NCBI GenBank assembly: GCA_036785375.1
Contig: JAWMAR010000277.1
Span: 1,240,001-1,304,000 of the forward strand
Length of the DNA: 64,000 bases
Direction: 5' to 3'
From: Leucoraja ocellata
Taxonomy: Eukaryota
Below, one piece after another: positions 1 to 11,539 of the stretch. The translations under genes and the position numbers were made by a program. The notes under the pieces are model-generated. The model ran no database searches, was not told the origin of the DNA, and saw only the letters and a list, made by a program, of their open reading frames with translations. How positions within the stretch are numbered: the stretch's first letter is position 1; each line of letters begins with the position of its first letter.

Positions 1-1360
1 AGGGTTGTTTTCCCACATTATATAATTATGTTCAAAATGCAGCATGTCATGCCAAGCAAACTTGGTCTCAATCAACTTGTAACATTTTATTCAAAATAAC
101 GATGAATAATTCATAACTATTTGCTAGAAGAGTATCCACTTTTTTTTACTATTTATTTACTATGCTGCTGGAGCAGAGCATGGCTGTCATTGCTGAAGTA
201 GATGGGAGTGACACAAGTGCTGGCAATCTGTGCTTCCTGGCAGCTGCAGTCTGTAGTCCAATGTAGTCTGGACTGTAGTCCACTCTGTGCCCGGCCTTTT
301 GCACTGGCCCAACAGTGCCCTGCATAAACATTAGAAACAGCACCTAGTCCTCCATCCAAACACTTTACATCCTTCCTGAATTAATATTGCATTTAATTAT
401 TTCAGGTAAACACCCATTTTCTACTTCACAGATATGGCTGGCCCTTTCTGTTTCTAATTGCTCCGTTTCAAACTTTTTCCATTTCATTTTGTTGCTACTG
501 CTGGTCTTTAATGTATTTGCTTCCCTGGCAACTTTGATGTATCACTGCCATTTGTTGTGTTCTACCCATCCTTCTCTATGTAATTTTAAACACATTTATA
601 TTCTCAATTTCCCAGTTCTTATGGAAGGTCATGGCCTGAATCATTGACCTTGATGTTGTTTGATCAGCTGAGGCTTTCCAGCATTCTCTGTTTTTATTTC
701 CGTTTCCAGAACTGTAGGATTTTCTTGTTCTCACTGACAATTTCCAACTAGCACATTTTCCAATCCGCTCGCACAATTTGGCAATTGAGCTAAACAAGAG
801 AATTGCACGCTTCCCTCTCCCAAATGCTAACATCTGTGTTTTGTCAGACTTTAGATAATTGTCCAAACTGTAAGAGGCTAACAGGGGCAGGCTTAACAAT
901 GTGAAGAGACTCTCAATGTATTGATAAAAAATTTCAAATAATTCAAGTAGGAATGATTGATTGTGTTATGATAAAGAGAAAGAATATGGTAGAGATTGCA
1001 AGATTCCATTCAGCTCAATAAGCGAGTTCGGTATTTCAACTGCACATGCCCAGGTCACTGGTCACTCAAGATAAATATTCTCAGCAGCTGAGGTGCTGCG
1101 TGTCTACAGACCTGTGTTTCATCCGTTGTGAGGATCGGACCCAGGTCTCCAGCGCTGCAAGAGCTGTTGAATTGCTACTGGAGTTGGCGACACAATTTCT
1201 CCCTTCTCCACTGCCCTGTTTCCGTGCTGTGCCCCTAAACGAAATTAATCTAACTAGGTAAAGGTAAGTCATTGGAGGACGCAGGGACAGTGGACACGGG
1301 AACAGGTGGGGTTGAAGGGAGGAAGGAAAGTAGTCTGGGACCAAATTTGGGGACCAAAAA

Positions 1361-1503
1361 GAACTAGGGGGCTTAGGTGAGAGGGGAAAGATTTAACAAG
1401 AACCTGAGGTTCAAATTTTTCACACAGTGGGTGGTGGGGACGTTACTAAGGCAGGTATAATAACTATATTTTGAAAGACATTTGGACATGTGCATGGATA
1501 GGA
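1361..1503 (+). mobile_element. Degenerate CR1 LINE 3' fragment
   Basis: aactagggg...ggtgagaggggaaagatttaa...ttttcacacag...gacatttggac..catggatagg matches the ORF2 3' region of other CR1 copies in the window. Confidence 0.65.
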
Positions 1504-1505
1504 AC

Positions 1506-1553
1506 CCTCTCTCTCTCCCTCTCTCCACCTCTCTTTCTCTCCACCTCTCTCTC
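1506..1553. repeat. Imperfect (TC)n microsatellite abutting the Tx1 tail
   Basis: ctctctctctccctctctccacctctctttctctccacctctctctc. Confidence 0.8.
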
Positions 1554-2920
1554 TTTTTTTCCTTTTCAAAGATTTATTCGACACACTCATTTGATACAAC
1601 ACATCAAAACATAATCAGAAATTACAATATAACAAATAATCATTATAGTGCAACAGTGCATTAATTGTTTACAATACTCTCATCCCCACGTGGGGACCAG
1701 CGCCCACGGAAGGCCTCCAAAATCCCCGTGGACACCGCGTGTTCCCTCTCGGGGCGCACGCGCACGGACGTAGTCCCGGAAGAGGGGCAGGCAGCCTACT
1801 CTAGCCTGACCATCGACCGCCCGCTGCCTGTACCTGCAAATAGCCATCTTGGCCAGGCCCAGGAGCAAATTGATCGGGAAGTCCCACCCCCCCGATCGGC
1901 TCTCTCCGCCATCTGCCTTATGTCCAAACACTAGAATCGTGGGACTAAAATGCAACCAGAACTTGAGGAACAATCCCTTCAGATATTGGTACAGAGGCAG
2001 TAACCTCACACACTCCATCTACACATGGAACATGGTCTCCTTCCCACCGCAGAAAATACATGCGGCGGACATGCCCTTGAACCGACTCAAAAGTTTATTA
2101 CACGCCACCGCTCTGTGCAGCACTCCCCAACCCAGGTCCCTAATGTAAAGTGGGACAACTCCCTTCTAGAGGGACCCCCACTGGGGACCTTCCCGCGTTC
2201 GGGTGGTAACACCGTCCCCCATGGTGTGTCAGGATGGGAGACGAAGGCAAGGAGGTGCAGAATGTGCAGGAGCATTCTGTACAGTGCGCGTCTCTTCCCA
2301 TTACGAAACGGCATGCTGGCCATGCCAGAAAGGCGGCTCAGGTTGTGTGGAGCTGGTGCCTAAGAAATATCCCGGAGCCTAGGCCCGATGAGCAAATCCG
2401 ACGGAGCGGGGGTAAGCTCAGTTAGAAACATTCTAGGCACCTTGACACCCACTATGACAGGGTGAGGACCAGCCACTCCCGCAGTCGCAACATCCCCTTC
2501 CCCTCGTGGAGCAACACGCTGGCTGAAAACAACCAAATTCCTCACTCTTAGCACATCCCGATAGAAACTAGGCAAGCCCCTTAGGGCGGGTCGACTGATG
2601 CCCGCCACCGGGAACCGCGAGACACCCCCCTTAGGCAACGACCCTGACGGTAAAAATACGTGACCAGTGCGTGCCATCTGGGGGGGGGGTTCCTTACATA
2701 CATATACCTCCGCAGAGTCCTGAGACGGAGAGCCGCCACCTGGGTACGCACGCATACCAAGGACGCCGGAGATGTCCGGTGTGACAGGAAACCAGCCCGG
2801 AGCAGAGGCGACCCCAGGCTTACAGCCAGCTTGGAAAAGAAACGCTAACTCCAGCTGAGCTCTGCTCCAACTCCCGAGGAACCCGTTCCCCGTCGGGCCA
2901 GGGACCGTTAACTGCACCTC
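1554..2920 (-). mobile_element. 5'-truncated Tx1-clade (L1 superfamily) non-LTR retrotransposon
   Basis: Frameshifted minus-strand ORF2 C-terminus: LYRMLLHILHLLAFVSHPDTPW, a C-x2-C...H-x4-C knuckle (ACIFCGGKETMFHVYMEC) and LFLKFWLHFSPTILVFGH...NLLLGLAKMAI. AATAAA at 1578-1573, followed by an A-rich tail. Confidence 0.85.
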
Positions 2921-3661
2921 TCGCCCGCCTTACCCAGAGGCTGTCGGTTAACCCCCTCGGGGATAGAAAGAGAATGTCCTCTAACGCTGCCTAAAGAGGT
3001 TCTGCGGAATTCCAGACGATGGGTTTGTGAAGTGAGATAGAAATAAGATCGAATTAATGTTCATAAAAGAGCGATGCCTGTCCGCTATTGAGTTGACAGA
3101 ATTTTAGATTAATTCATTGGTAGAATACTTAACAATTTATACACAGTTTATACAGCCAGCACTTTGTTCGCTTTTTCTTTCTCACGAATGACCTTTGACA
3201 AATCCCATGATTCCTTCCGTTTTTCGGAATACCAAACTCGCTTATAGATATCAAATGTTGCTTCTTATTCATTTTGAAATACTATCTCAGTGAGGCTTGA
3301 CAAATTGCCCGCAATTAAACTGTAGTATATACCTTCGGTTCAAACCACCACCTGCAGTTCCTTTCTATAGAGTTTGCCTGTTTAAGTTGCTTGCTATCAA
3401 GGTTTAGATTGCGCTCTGAGACCTCTCCATGGCGTGCAGGGCAAAGGAACACGTGCATGAATGCTCAATCTTATGAGATTCTAAGTGCATTCTTAAAGAA
3501 GACCGCGACTACGGTTCAATGATGTTTAAACCCCAAATGCGAGCATCCGTTTACCCGCTGCTCATCCTTGGTACAGTCAAATTATTTTACCATCGCTCGG
3601 GTCAGCTGTCTGTGTGTTTTGGTGGCGTTTCAACAGCATCAAAGGGTTGTGTAACTAAGGT

Positions 3662-3751
3662 ATACAAAATTGCTGGAGAAACTCAGCGGGTGCAGCAGCA
3701 TCTACGGAGCGAAGGAAATAGGCGACGTTTCGGGCCGAAACCCTTCTTCAG
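3662..3751 (-). mobile_element. Short Penelope-derived element with hammerhead-like core, flanked by TSD
   Basis: Minus strand CTGAAGA-A-GGGT-TTCG-GCCC-GAAA-CGTC. TSD gttgtgtaactaaggt (3646-3661) / gttgtttaactaaggt (3751-3766). Confidence 0.75.
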
Positions 3752-4374
3752 TTGTTTAACTAAGGTCGGCATCAATGGACTATAAAACAACACATGGTAT
3801 TAGTGGGTTGTAGAACTTGCCTTTATACCAAAGGATTATTGAAAGACTTGGTATTAAAGAGCTTTAGAAATATCTTGGAGTGCTAATATTTTCTTTTGTG
3901 AAATATTGTTAAATAGTAGTTGATAATGATTTGGTGAAGCAATCATTCTTCCTATATTGAAGGTTGCGTAGACCCATGTTTCTATTGCTGGCCTCAGAAA
4001 TGTCTGCAAACTGACAGTATCAGGAAATATGGAGATTGACTCTTCTATATGTCTATGCCTTTATAGATAAAATGAAGCATGTTGATGAGATTCTGACTTC
4101 TTGGAGTAGGCCTAATCTACGGATGATGGGGATATAATGGCAGCAGAACATTGTGATGGCTGGAAAACATTCTCAATGGGGAGGGTGATCAATCAGAAAT
4201 CATTGTGCACATTGGCATTAATGACACAGATAGGAAAAGGAATGAGGTTGTGTGGAGTGATTATAGGGAGTTAAGAAAGAGATTAAACAAAGTCCTTGGG
4301 GATGGTAATCTTTGGATTACTCACAGTGCCATGTGTTAGCGAGGGCAGGAATAGGACAAAACAGAAGAATATGT

Positions 4375-4565
4375 CTGAAAAAGTGGCTCGACCAGAAACG
4401 TCATGCATTCCTTCACTCCAGAGATGCTGCCTGTCCCGCTGCAGTTCCTTTTCAGTCTGAAGAAGGGTTTCGGCCTGAAACGTTGCCTTTTTCCTTCGCT
4501 CCATTGATGCTGCCACACCCGCTGAGTTTCTCCAGCAATTTTGTCCATCTACAGTTTCTTCCTAC
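4375..4565 (+). mobile_element. Tandem pair of hammerhead-like Penelope-derived units inserted in CR1
   Basis: 14-bp TSD acagaagaatatgt (4361-4374 / 4566-4579). Cores are ctgaaaaagtggctcgaccagaaacgtc and ctgaagaagggtttcggcctgaaacgtt. Confidence 0.75.
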
Positions 4566-4668
4566 ACAGAAGAATATGTGGTTGAGGAGCTGAGGCACAT
4601 GGTTTCAGAGATCACTGGGATCTCTTTCGGAGCGGAGGTGACCTGTACATGAGAGATAAGTTACAACT

Positions 4669-4966
4669 GGGTGGCACAGTGGTAGAGCTGCTGCCTTACA
4701 GCACCAGAGACCCAGGTTCGATCCTGACTACGGGTTCTGTCTGTACAGATTTTGTATGTTTTCCTTTGATCATGTAGGTGTTCTCTGGGTACTCCGGTTT
4801 CCTCCCATGCTCCACAGGCATATAGATTTGTACGTTAATTGGCTTCAGTAAAATTGTAAATGGTCCCAAGTGTATAGGATAGTGCTAGTGTACGGGGGTC
4901 ACTGGTCGGCACTGACTTGGTGGGCCAAAGGACCTGTTTCCGTGCTGTATTTCTAAACTAAACTGA
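4669..4966 (+). mobile_element. tRNA-derived V-SINE (HE1-like)
   Basis: A box (tggcacagtgg), B box (ggttcgatcc), V-domain ctccggtttcctccca and CR1-like tail ggcc..ggacctgtttcc..(taaac)n. Confidence 0.85.
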
Positions 4967-6479
4967 ATTGGAGAGTGACCAATATATTGGGAGGATGAAT
5001 TGCTAGTGCTACTTGGGAGGGTTCAGATTAGATTGGCACTGAGAAGAGTCCAAGAGCAGATATGAGGCAGATGAGAAGATGAGAGAAATATTGTGGTCAG
5101 AGAGAGTGAAAGTGAGTTAGCATTCATTACAGGCAGGTGCATGACAAAAAGAGAGGAAAGACTGATAGCATTGATTTCAATGCTAGAGGCTTAACAGGTA
5201 AGGTAGACAAACTCAGACCATGGATTGGCTCAGGGGACTGGGATATTATAGCTATAACAGAAACAAGGATAAGAGAGGGTCAGGACTGGCAGTTCAATGT
5301 TCCAGGTTACAGATTCTACAGGTGTGATAGAGATGCAGGTGGGAGAGGAGGGGAGGTTGCCTCTTGAATTAGGAAGGACATAACAACAGTACTCAGAGAA
5401 TATAATCTTGCTGGATCATCTATTGAGGCCGTCTGTTTAGAACTTAGAAATTGGAAGGGAATCATCACTTTGATGGGACTATATTATCGCCACCCCCCCC
5501 TCACTCCAACAGAACAGATTGTACAGTAAGGGTATTGCAGATTGCTGCAAGCATAATAGGGAAGTATGAGTGAGACATTTTAAATTCACTAATGTTGATT
5601 GGGTCTCCCAAAGTGTAAAGGACTTGGACAGGATGACATTTGTTAACTGTGTCCGAGAAAGCTTCCATAATCAGTATCCAGAGGGTGCTGCTAAAGAGGA
5701 CATGACATTGGGCCTCCTCTTGGAAAACATGAATGGTAAGAGACTCGCGTGTCAGTGGGAGTGCACTTTGGAACCAGTGATCATAATTCTATTAGTTTTA
5801 AAGTAGTTATGGGGAAAGATTGGACTGGTCCACAAGTCAAGATCCTAAATTGAGGCCAATTTTGAATGGCAGTTGGTCAAAACCTAGAGGCCGAATAGGA
5901 GAATCTGTTTGTAGGTAAAGGGATGGCTGGCAAGTGACAGGATTTCAAAAGTGAGTTAGCAAGAGTACATGAGAAGCATGTTCTTGTTACGGTGAAGTTA
6001 GTGCTGGTGAGTTACTCCAGCACTTTGTGATCCATGCAAGATTACAGCATCTGCAGTTACTTGTGCCTACACAAGTTGACGTGTTCTTCCACCTTTTAAA
6101 TAGTTGATGACAAGGCATTTGAAGGTTCAACATAGTTCAGTTTAGCAGTACAGTTAATATTTGCATCTTCTTTTTTCATGTCCATCTTCCATGTTTCAAA
6201 TGTTGACATAGTTGTCATTGTCCGTCTTGAAAAGGACGCAAGTTTCCTGCGACAATCAGTGGGAGCCATCACTTGTTGCAGAACAAGTGATGGCGGTAGC
6301 AGAATTAGCTCAGGATACTTCCAGTTTCCAGCCCCGCAACGTGGACGCTTCTGCTATGGGGCCAATATTTGCATTAAATGAGAATCCTTCTCAGCATGGT
6401 CATCTTTATATTTTGAATTTTTTGTTTTTTTATACGTTCAGATTTTCGAATTATATTACCTTCCCCTAGAGCTTGGAGT

Positions 6480-6920
6480 CATGAAAGTGTAAAGTTTGGG
6501 AGGTGGGTGGATGATGGAACAAATGGAAATGTCTGTGCTGGAGTGGAGGCAAGGGGTGGCTGAATGGCACAATTGGTCGAAGTGGTGCTGACCGGGAACT
6601 GGTTGTAAAGGTGTGTCTAGAGTTGTTAGTAGGTGGAAAGAAATGAAATCTGAAATACCAAGAGAGGAGGGAGAAAAAGAAAAACTGAGTGCTGGAAATG
6701 TGAGATACTAGTCTGGAATGACCGATCCTAAAAAAATTGTTAGATTATAAACTAAATCTGGAAGGCTGGAGTTTGAAATGCTTTTCCTTGAGATTACATT
6801 GAGTTTCATTGAAACAGTGTTGAGGGTGAGGAGGGAGTGGGGAGTTGGAGAATACATAAAGGTTATAATGGGATTGAGATAGTGAAGTAAAGTGACAGGC
6901 CACTCACTGGAAGTTCAAGC
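6480..6920 (-). mobile_element. Highly degenerate Penelope-like element 3' fragment
   Basis: Weak resemblance to the GIY-YIG C-terminal region seen clearly at 49868-50014. Confidence 0.35.
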
Positions 6921-7038
6921 TAGTCTGAAATGATCTACATTGCCCAGATATGTGATGATATAGAAATCAAAGGCATATTGGACTCAAAATGTAGGCATGT
7001 CCACAATAACCTGTATTGCACATCTCTGTCCTGCACTT

Positions 7039-7262
7039 AGACACAAAATGCTGGAGTAACTCAGCAAGACAGGCAGCATCTCTGGAGAGAAGGAATGGAT
7101 GATGTTTCAGGTCAAGACCCTTCTTCGGACCCTTATGAAGAAGGATCATGACCCGAAACGTCACCCATTCCTTCTCTCCAGAGATGCTGCCTGTTCCGCT
7201 GTTACTCCAGCATTTTGCGTGTACCTTCGATTTAAACCGGCATCTGCAGTTCATTCCTACAC
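7039..7262. mobile_element. Palindromic (inverted pair) Penelope-derived hammerhead-like element
   Basis: Arms gacacaaaatgctggagtaac...aaggaatgg and ccattccttctctccagagatgctg...ttactccagcattttg are reverse complements. A second, older palindromic copy follows at ~7275-7415. Confidence 0.75.
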
Positions 7263-8099
7263 ATTCTCTCCTGAACTTAACAGGACAGGCAGTATCTCCA
7301 TAGGCAAAGTTGCAGTGTCTAGATCCAAAATATCCTTGCCTACACAGATGCTGGCTGCCCTGCTGAGTTCCTCCAGCAGTTTGCTGTTTTGCTCAGATTC
7401 CAGCATCTGCAGTCTTTTATGCACCAGAAAAAAAAAGGAGATTGGAGAATGAATTATTTCCTGAGTGAATATCATGTTCGGCTGAGCCGTTGCAGCATGA
7501 CCGTGGCAATGGTCAGGAGTACAGCGTTCATATCAGAGGAAGGTGAGGAATGTGTCTAGATCGTAATTGATATACAGATTTGTCCAGCTGAAAAATTTCA
7601 GATTGTTGTAATTAGTTCGCAGATACATCAAATAAATTATCTCAAATGAATAAAGATGATGGTTGAAAGCAGCTTTGAACAGGGCAATGGGCCAATGGGC
7701 ACGATTTCAAGACTAGATTTGTGCAGCAACCTGGAATTTTCATGAGGGTTATCTTATTATCCATTTACTTAATAATTATTCCCTTGCTGAAGGAAAAAAT
7801 ATTGAATTGATTGCAATTGGAAGTTATTTTCTTTAATTCATGGAGGATTCAGCAATATCTTGAGAAGGCTGTGAATTACAAAGTCATTCCCAATAAACTG
7901 ATCAATAACTGGTATTAATTTCAAACTGAAAATGATTGAAGCACATTATAGAGATACCTAGAGAAACAAGGAACTACAGTTGCTGATTTACAATAAAAGA
8001 CTAAAAGACGCAAAGTATTGGAGTAACTGCGACCGAAGAGAGTCCCGACCATGTTCTCCGGAGATGGTACCTTACCCGGGAGTCACTTGAGCACTTATG

Positions 8100-8385
8100 G
8101 CTTAGTTTAGAGATACAGTGTGGAAACAGGCCCTTCAGCCCATCGAGTCTATGCCGATCAGCAATCACCCATACACTAGTTCTATCCTGTACACCAGGGA
8201 CAATTTTTCCAGAAGCCAATTAACCTACAATCCCGCACGTCTTTGGAATGTGGGAGGAAACTGGAGCATCCACATAGTTACATGGAGAACATATAATTTC
8301 ACACAGACAGCACCGATAGTCAGGATCAAACCTGGGTCTCTGGCGGTGTAAGGCAGCAACTCTACCGCTCCACCACTGCACTGCC
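8100..8385 (-). mobile_element. V-SINE (HE1-like)
   Basis: Reverse complement of the 4669-4966 family (tail gtttag, tgggaggaaactggag, B box). Confidence 0.85.
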
Positions 8386-8510
8386 TTTGTGTCTTTTTTT
8401 ATAGAGACCTGGGTATTTTGGTGCATGAATCACAAAAAGGCTAGCAAGCATGTGCCGTAAGTGGGTAGGAAGTAACAAGCATTCTTTGGATTATTGTGCA
8501 AGAAAAAGAC

Positions 8511-9003
8511 AAGGGCCTGGCCCACGAGCATGCGACTCCATGCGGCAAGCGCGACCTAACGTGGTCGCTTGAGCCGTACCGCCTCGCGGGGCCGGTCCCA
8601 CTTCGATCGCCGGAGCCGTATGGAGTTGTGCGGAGCTGGTCCCGACATCGCGCGGGGCTCCGAAAAACTGACAGTGTTCAAAAATTCCGCGCGGCAACGG
8701 CCTGCCGGCCCGTAGACGCCTCGACGCCGTACGCACTCGACAGGCATACGCAGCGTCTCAACGCCGGACGCACGTCTTGACGCTGTACATCACGCGCAAA
8801 CTTCCCGTGGACTTCGCTCGAACTTCACGTCACTCACTCGACCTCCGCGCGGCCCCCGCTTTCGGTTTGGTTGCGCTCGCCGCATGCAGTCGCATGCTGG
8901 TGGGACCTGCCCTGTACGGGGATCACCCGACCTCCGCGCGGCCCCCGCTTCCGGTTTTGTCGCGCTTGCCGCATGCAGTCGCATGCTCGTGGGACAGGCC
9001 CTT
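8511..9003. mobile_element. GC-rich MITE with ~46-bp TIRs (Harbinger-like ends)
   Basis: Left aagggcctggcccacgagcatgcgactccatgcggcaagcgcgac; right gtcgcgcttgccgcatgcagtcgcatgctcgtgggacaggccctt. The superfamily is inferred from the ends only, and the TSD is not clean. Confidence 0.8.
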
Positions 9004-9639
9004 TATATTTATAAATTGGCAGCAGCTTTGAATCAAACTGAATGCAAGTGGTTTCTCAGCACTATAATTTGAAAGTTGTCATACATATGCCATGCCAACT
9101 GACATGAGGAAAGACCACTAGAGGCTCGTGATGGTTACAAAGATGTAAACCAAATAAAAATGAAGAATCAGGAGCTTTATAATTAATTCAAAGACAAGTA
9201 GATAAGGTGAATCATGACTTCCAAAGTCTGAAGTACAGTTCTTCATCTGTTTTTCAATCCAAGTCACATGTGTGACTTTTTTGAATTGGTAAACATTATA
9301 TTTCCTTATCCATTTCCAAAAGAGTAAAATAATCCTAACATTTATGATAAAGCCTAGAACTGGTTTCTATGTCATCTAAAATCTGATGTTTTACTAAGTT
9401 ATAGGATGGTATTCAGCCAATGCAAATTTAACTGTGACTGGGTATATTGGGTACAACCTTGAAATATCCGTGTACTCCATTTCACAGGGGCCTGCCAGAG
9501 TGAGTCCGTGATCCTTTGGCAAAGGCAAATAATTGAAGAAATGATAGTCAAATTATAGGAAGAACATGTATACAGAAAAAGAGGGTGATGTAGCAATATT
9601 AATCAGTGCAGTGGGAAGAAAATGTCCTGGCTGCATTGA

Positions 9640-10260
9640 TCAAGACGTGGTATTGTAATTATTTTAGGTAAGGGTTGATTGATGATTTTGTAGTAAATGA
9701 GCTTTTGGGGAAGAGCAACTATAATATGATAGAAATTTACACTGAGTTTGGAATTGATGTGGTTCAATGCAAAACTAGGGTCTTTGGAACTAAGCAGTGG
9801 AAAGTATGAAGGTAGAGGGGGAGAGCTGGCAGTGCTTGATCAGAAGAACACATTGATAGGTTTGCTTGCAGATGAGCATTTGAAAAAATAATACATAAGA
9901 TGCCAAAGATATATATTCTGTTAAGGCACAAAAATCTACCAGAAAAAATGATTTAACCATGGCTGACAAGAGAAATTAAAGCTAATATTAAATCAAAGGA
10001 AGAGGCTAATAAAGTGCAGGAGATTTAGGAGCATTTTAGAACTCAGCAGGAAGGACAACTAAATTGAAAAAGAAAGAAAAAGTAGAATATAAGAGTGGGT
10101 AATCTGGCAAGAAACATAAAAATGTACTTAACAACTTTTATGGGCATGTGGAAATGAAAGAACTAGCAAGGGCACATGTAGCCCTCCTACATACAAGGAC
10201 AGTAGAGTTTATAATGGAAAACTATAAAATGACCGGGAATTAAACAATCCTGTTGTACCT
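9640..10260 (+). mobile_element. Old CR1 ORF2 fragment (between the EN and RT domains)
   Basis: Degenerate similarity to 31140-31770, e.g. ccatggctgacaagagaaatt (PWLTREI). Confidence 0.7.
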
Positions 10261-10328
10261 GTTTAGTTTAGTTAAGTTAATTGTCACATGTACCGAGGTA
10301 CAGTGAAAAGCTTTTGTTGTCATAGAGT

Positions 10329-11005
10329 CATAGTCAAGTCAAGTCACATTTATTTATATAGCACATTTAAAAAACAACTCTTGTTGGCCAAAGTGCTTTA
10401 CATTTGTTATAAGAATAGCACAACAAAACAAACTACATACTGTACATATATACATGTAGCCCTCACTCAGAGGACGTCAGGAAAGGCTTGGGAGTATAGA
10501 TAAGTCTTTAGTCTTGACTTAAAAGAGTCGATGGAGGGGGCAGTTCTGATGGGAAGGGGGATGCTGTTCCACAGTCCAGGCGCTGCAACCAGCCCCTGAG
10601 CTTATGCCTAGACCGTGGGATATTCAGCAGCCCCAAGTCGGCCGATCTGAGGGGCCTGGAGGTGGAGTGGTGGGTGAGAAGACTTGTTATGTAGGTGGGG
10701 GCAAGCCCATTGAGGGCTTTGTAGACATGGAGGAGTATCTTGAAGTTTATACGGAACCGCACAGGGAGCCAGTGTAGAGCGGCCAGGATCGGGGTGATGT
10801 GGTCCCTTTTTCGGGTGACCGTCAGGAGTCTCGCTGCGGCGTTTTGGACCAGTTGCAGGCGGGACAGGGAAGATTGGCTGATGCCAGTGTAAAGGGATTT
10901 GCAGTAATCTAGGCGGGAGGAGATGAATGTGTGGATGATCTTTTCCAGGTCATCAACTGGAGGAATTGTTTTATTTTAGCTATCGAGGGGCCGAGAAGGA
11001 TGACC
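10329..11005 (-). mobile_element. L2-clade LINE, 5'-truncated
   Basis: ORF2 C-terminus RFRINFKILLHVYKALNGLAPTYITSLL..SRPLRS; L2 tail gtaaagcactttgg..tgtgctatataaataaa plus (gactt)n; TSD catagagt (10321-10328 / 11006-11013). Confidence 0.85.
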
Positions 11006-11163
11006 CATAGAGTGACTGTGTGGAAACAGGGCCTTCGCACTGGCCAACTTGCCCACATCGGCCAACAATGTCCCAGCTACCCTAGTCCCACTTGCCTGTG
11101 CTTGGTCCATAACCCTCTAAACCTGTCCTATCCATGTACCTGTCCAGCTGTTCCTTAAACAAT
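11006..11163 (-). mobile_element. CR1/HER1-like 3' end
   Basis: ggaaacagg.ccttcg, ggtccata.ccctctaaacct..ctatccatgtacctgtcc. Confidence 0.7.
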
Positions 11164-11539
11164 GTGTGCTAACCAGTCAGCAGAAAGACAATACATGATT
11201 ACAATCGAGACATTTACAGTGTACAGATACATGATAAGGGAAAAATGTTTATTGAAAGTAGGAATTGTTGCCGTAGGAATAGATATTTAGGAGTGTGGAG
11301 CAATTGTAATATGTTTGAAGATCTGCTTCTGTGGCTGTCACGCAAATAGTCGCCTGGGCTGGGCGCCATCTTGCATCTTTTTTTATTGTTTTTCTGTCGT
11401 CACTGAAGTCGTGCAAATATATTGACTAATACTGATATTGAATATATTAGAGAACCAAAGGTTTAGCAATCATGAGAAATGGAAGGAAAAAAGAATGTCA
11501 AAAGATGGTCCGAGAGGAATTATGGAGCTGGAAGGTTGT

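Larger units (their letters stand above)
4150..5997 (+). mobile_element. Old CR1 LINE: ORF1 esterase-like region plus ORF2 APE endonuclease, interrupted by two insertions
   Basis: ORF1-like IIVHIGINDTDRKRNEV and ORF2 APE FNARGLTGKVDKL..WDIIAITET..EGQDWQFNVPGYRFYRCDR (5137-5367), with many stops and frameshifts. Confidence 0.85.
10262..11250 (-). mobile_element. Rex1-like LINE 3' end split by nested CR1 and L2 insertions
   Basis: Minus-strand tail aaagcttttcactgtacctcggtacatgtgacaat..(taaac)n at 10262-10320, resuming at ~11164 (tgtgctaaccagtcagcagaaag). The clade assignment is tentative. Confidence 0.55.

Noticed and set aside
1046-1270. Short ORF ending near a strong donor (aag|gtaagt at ~1263)
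   Set aside because: The peptide is unrecognisable and a lone donor consensus is not enough. It could be a non-coding exon, but nothing here supports that.
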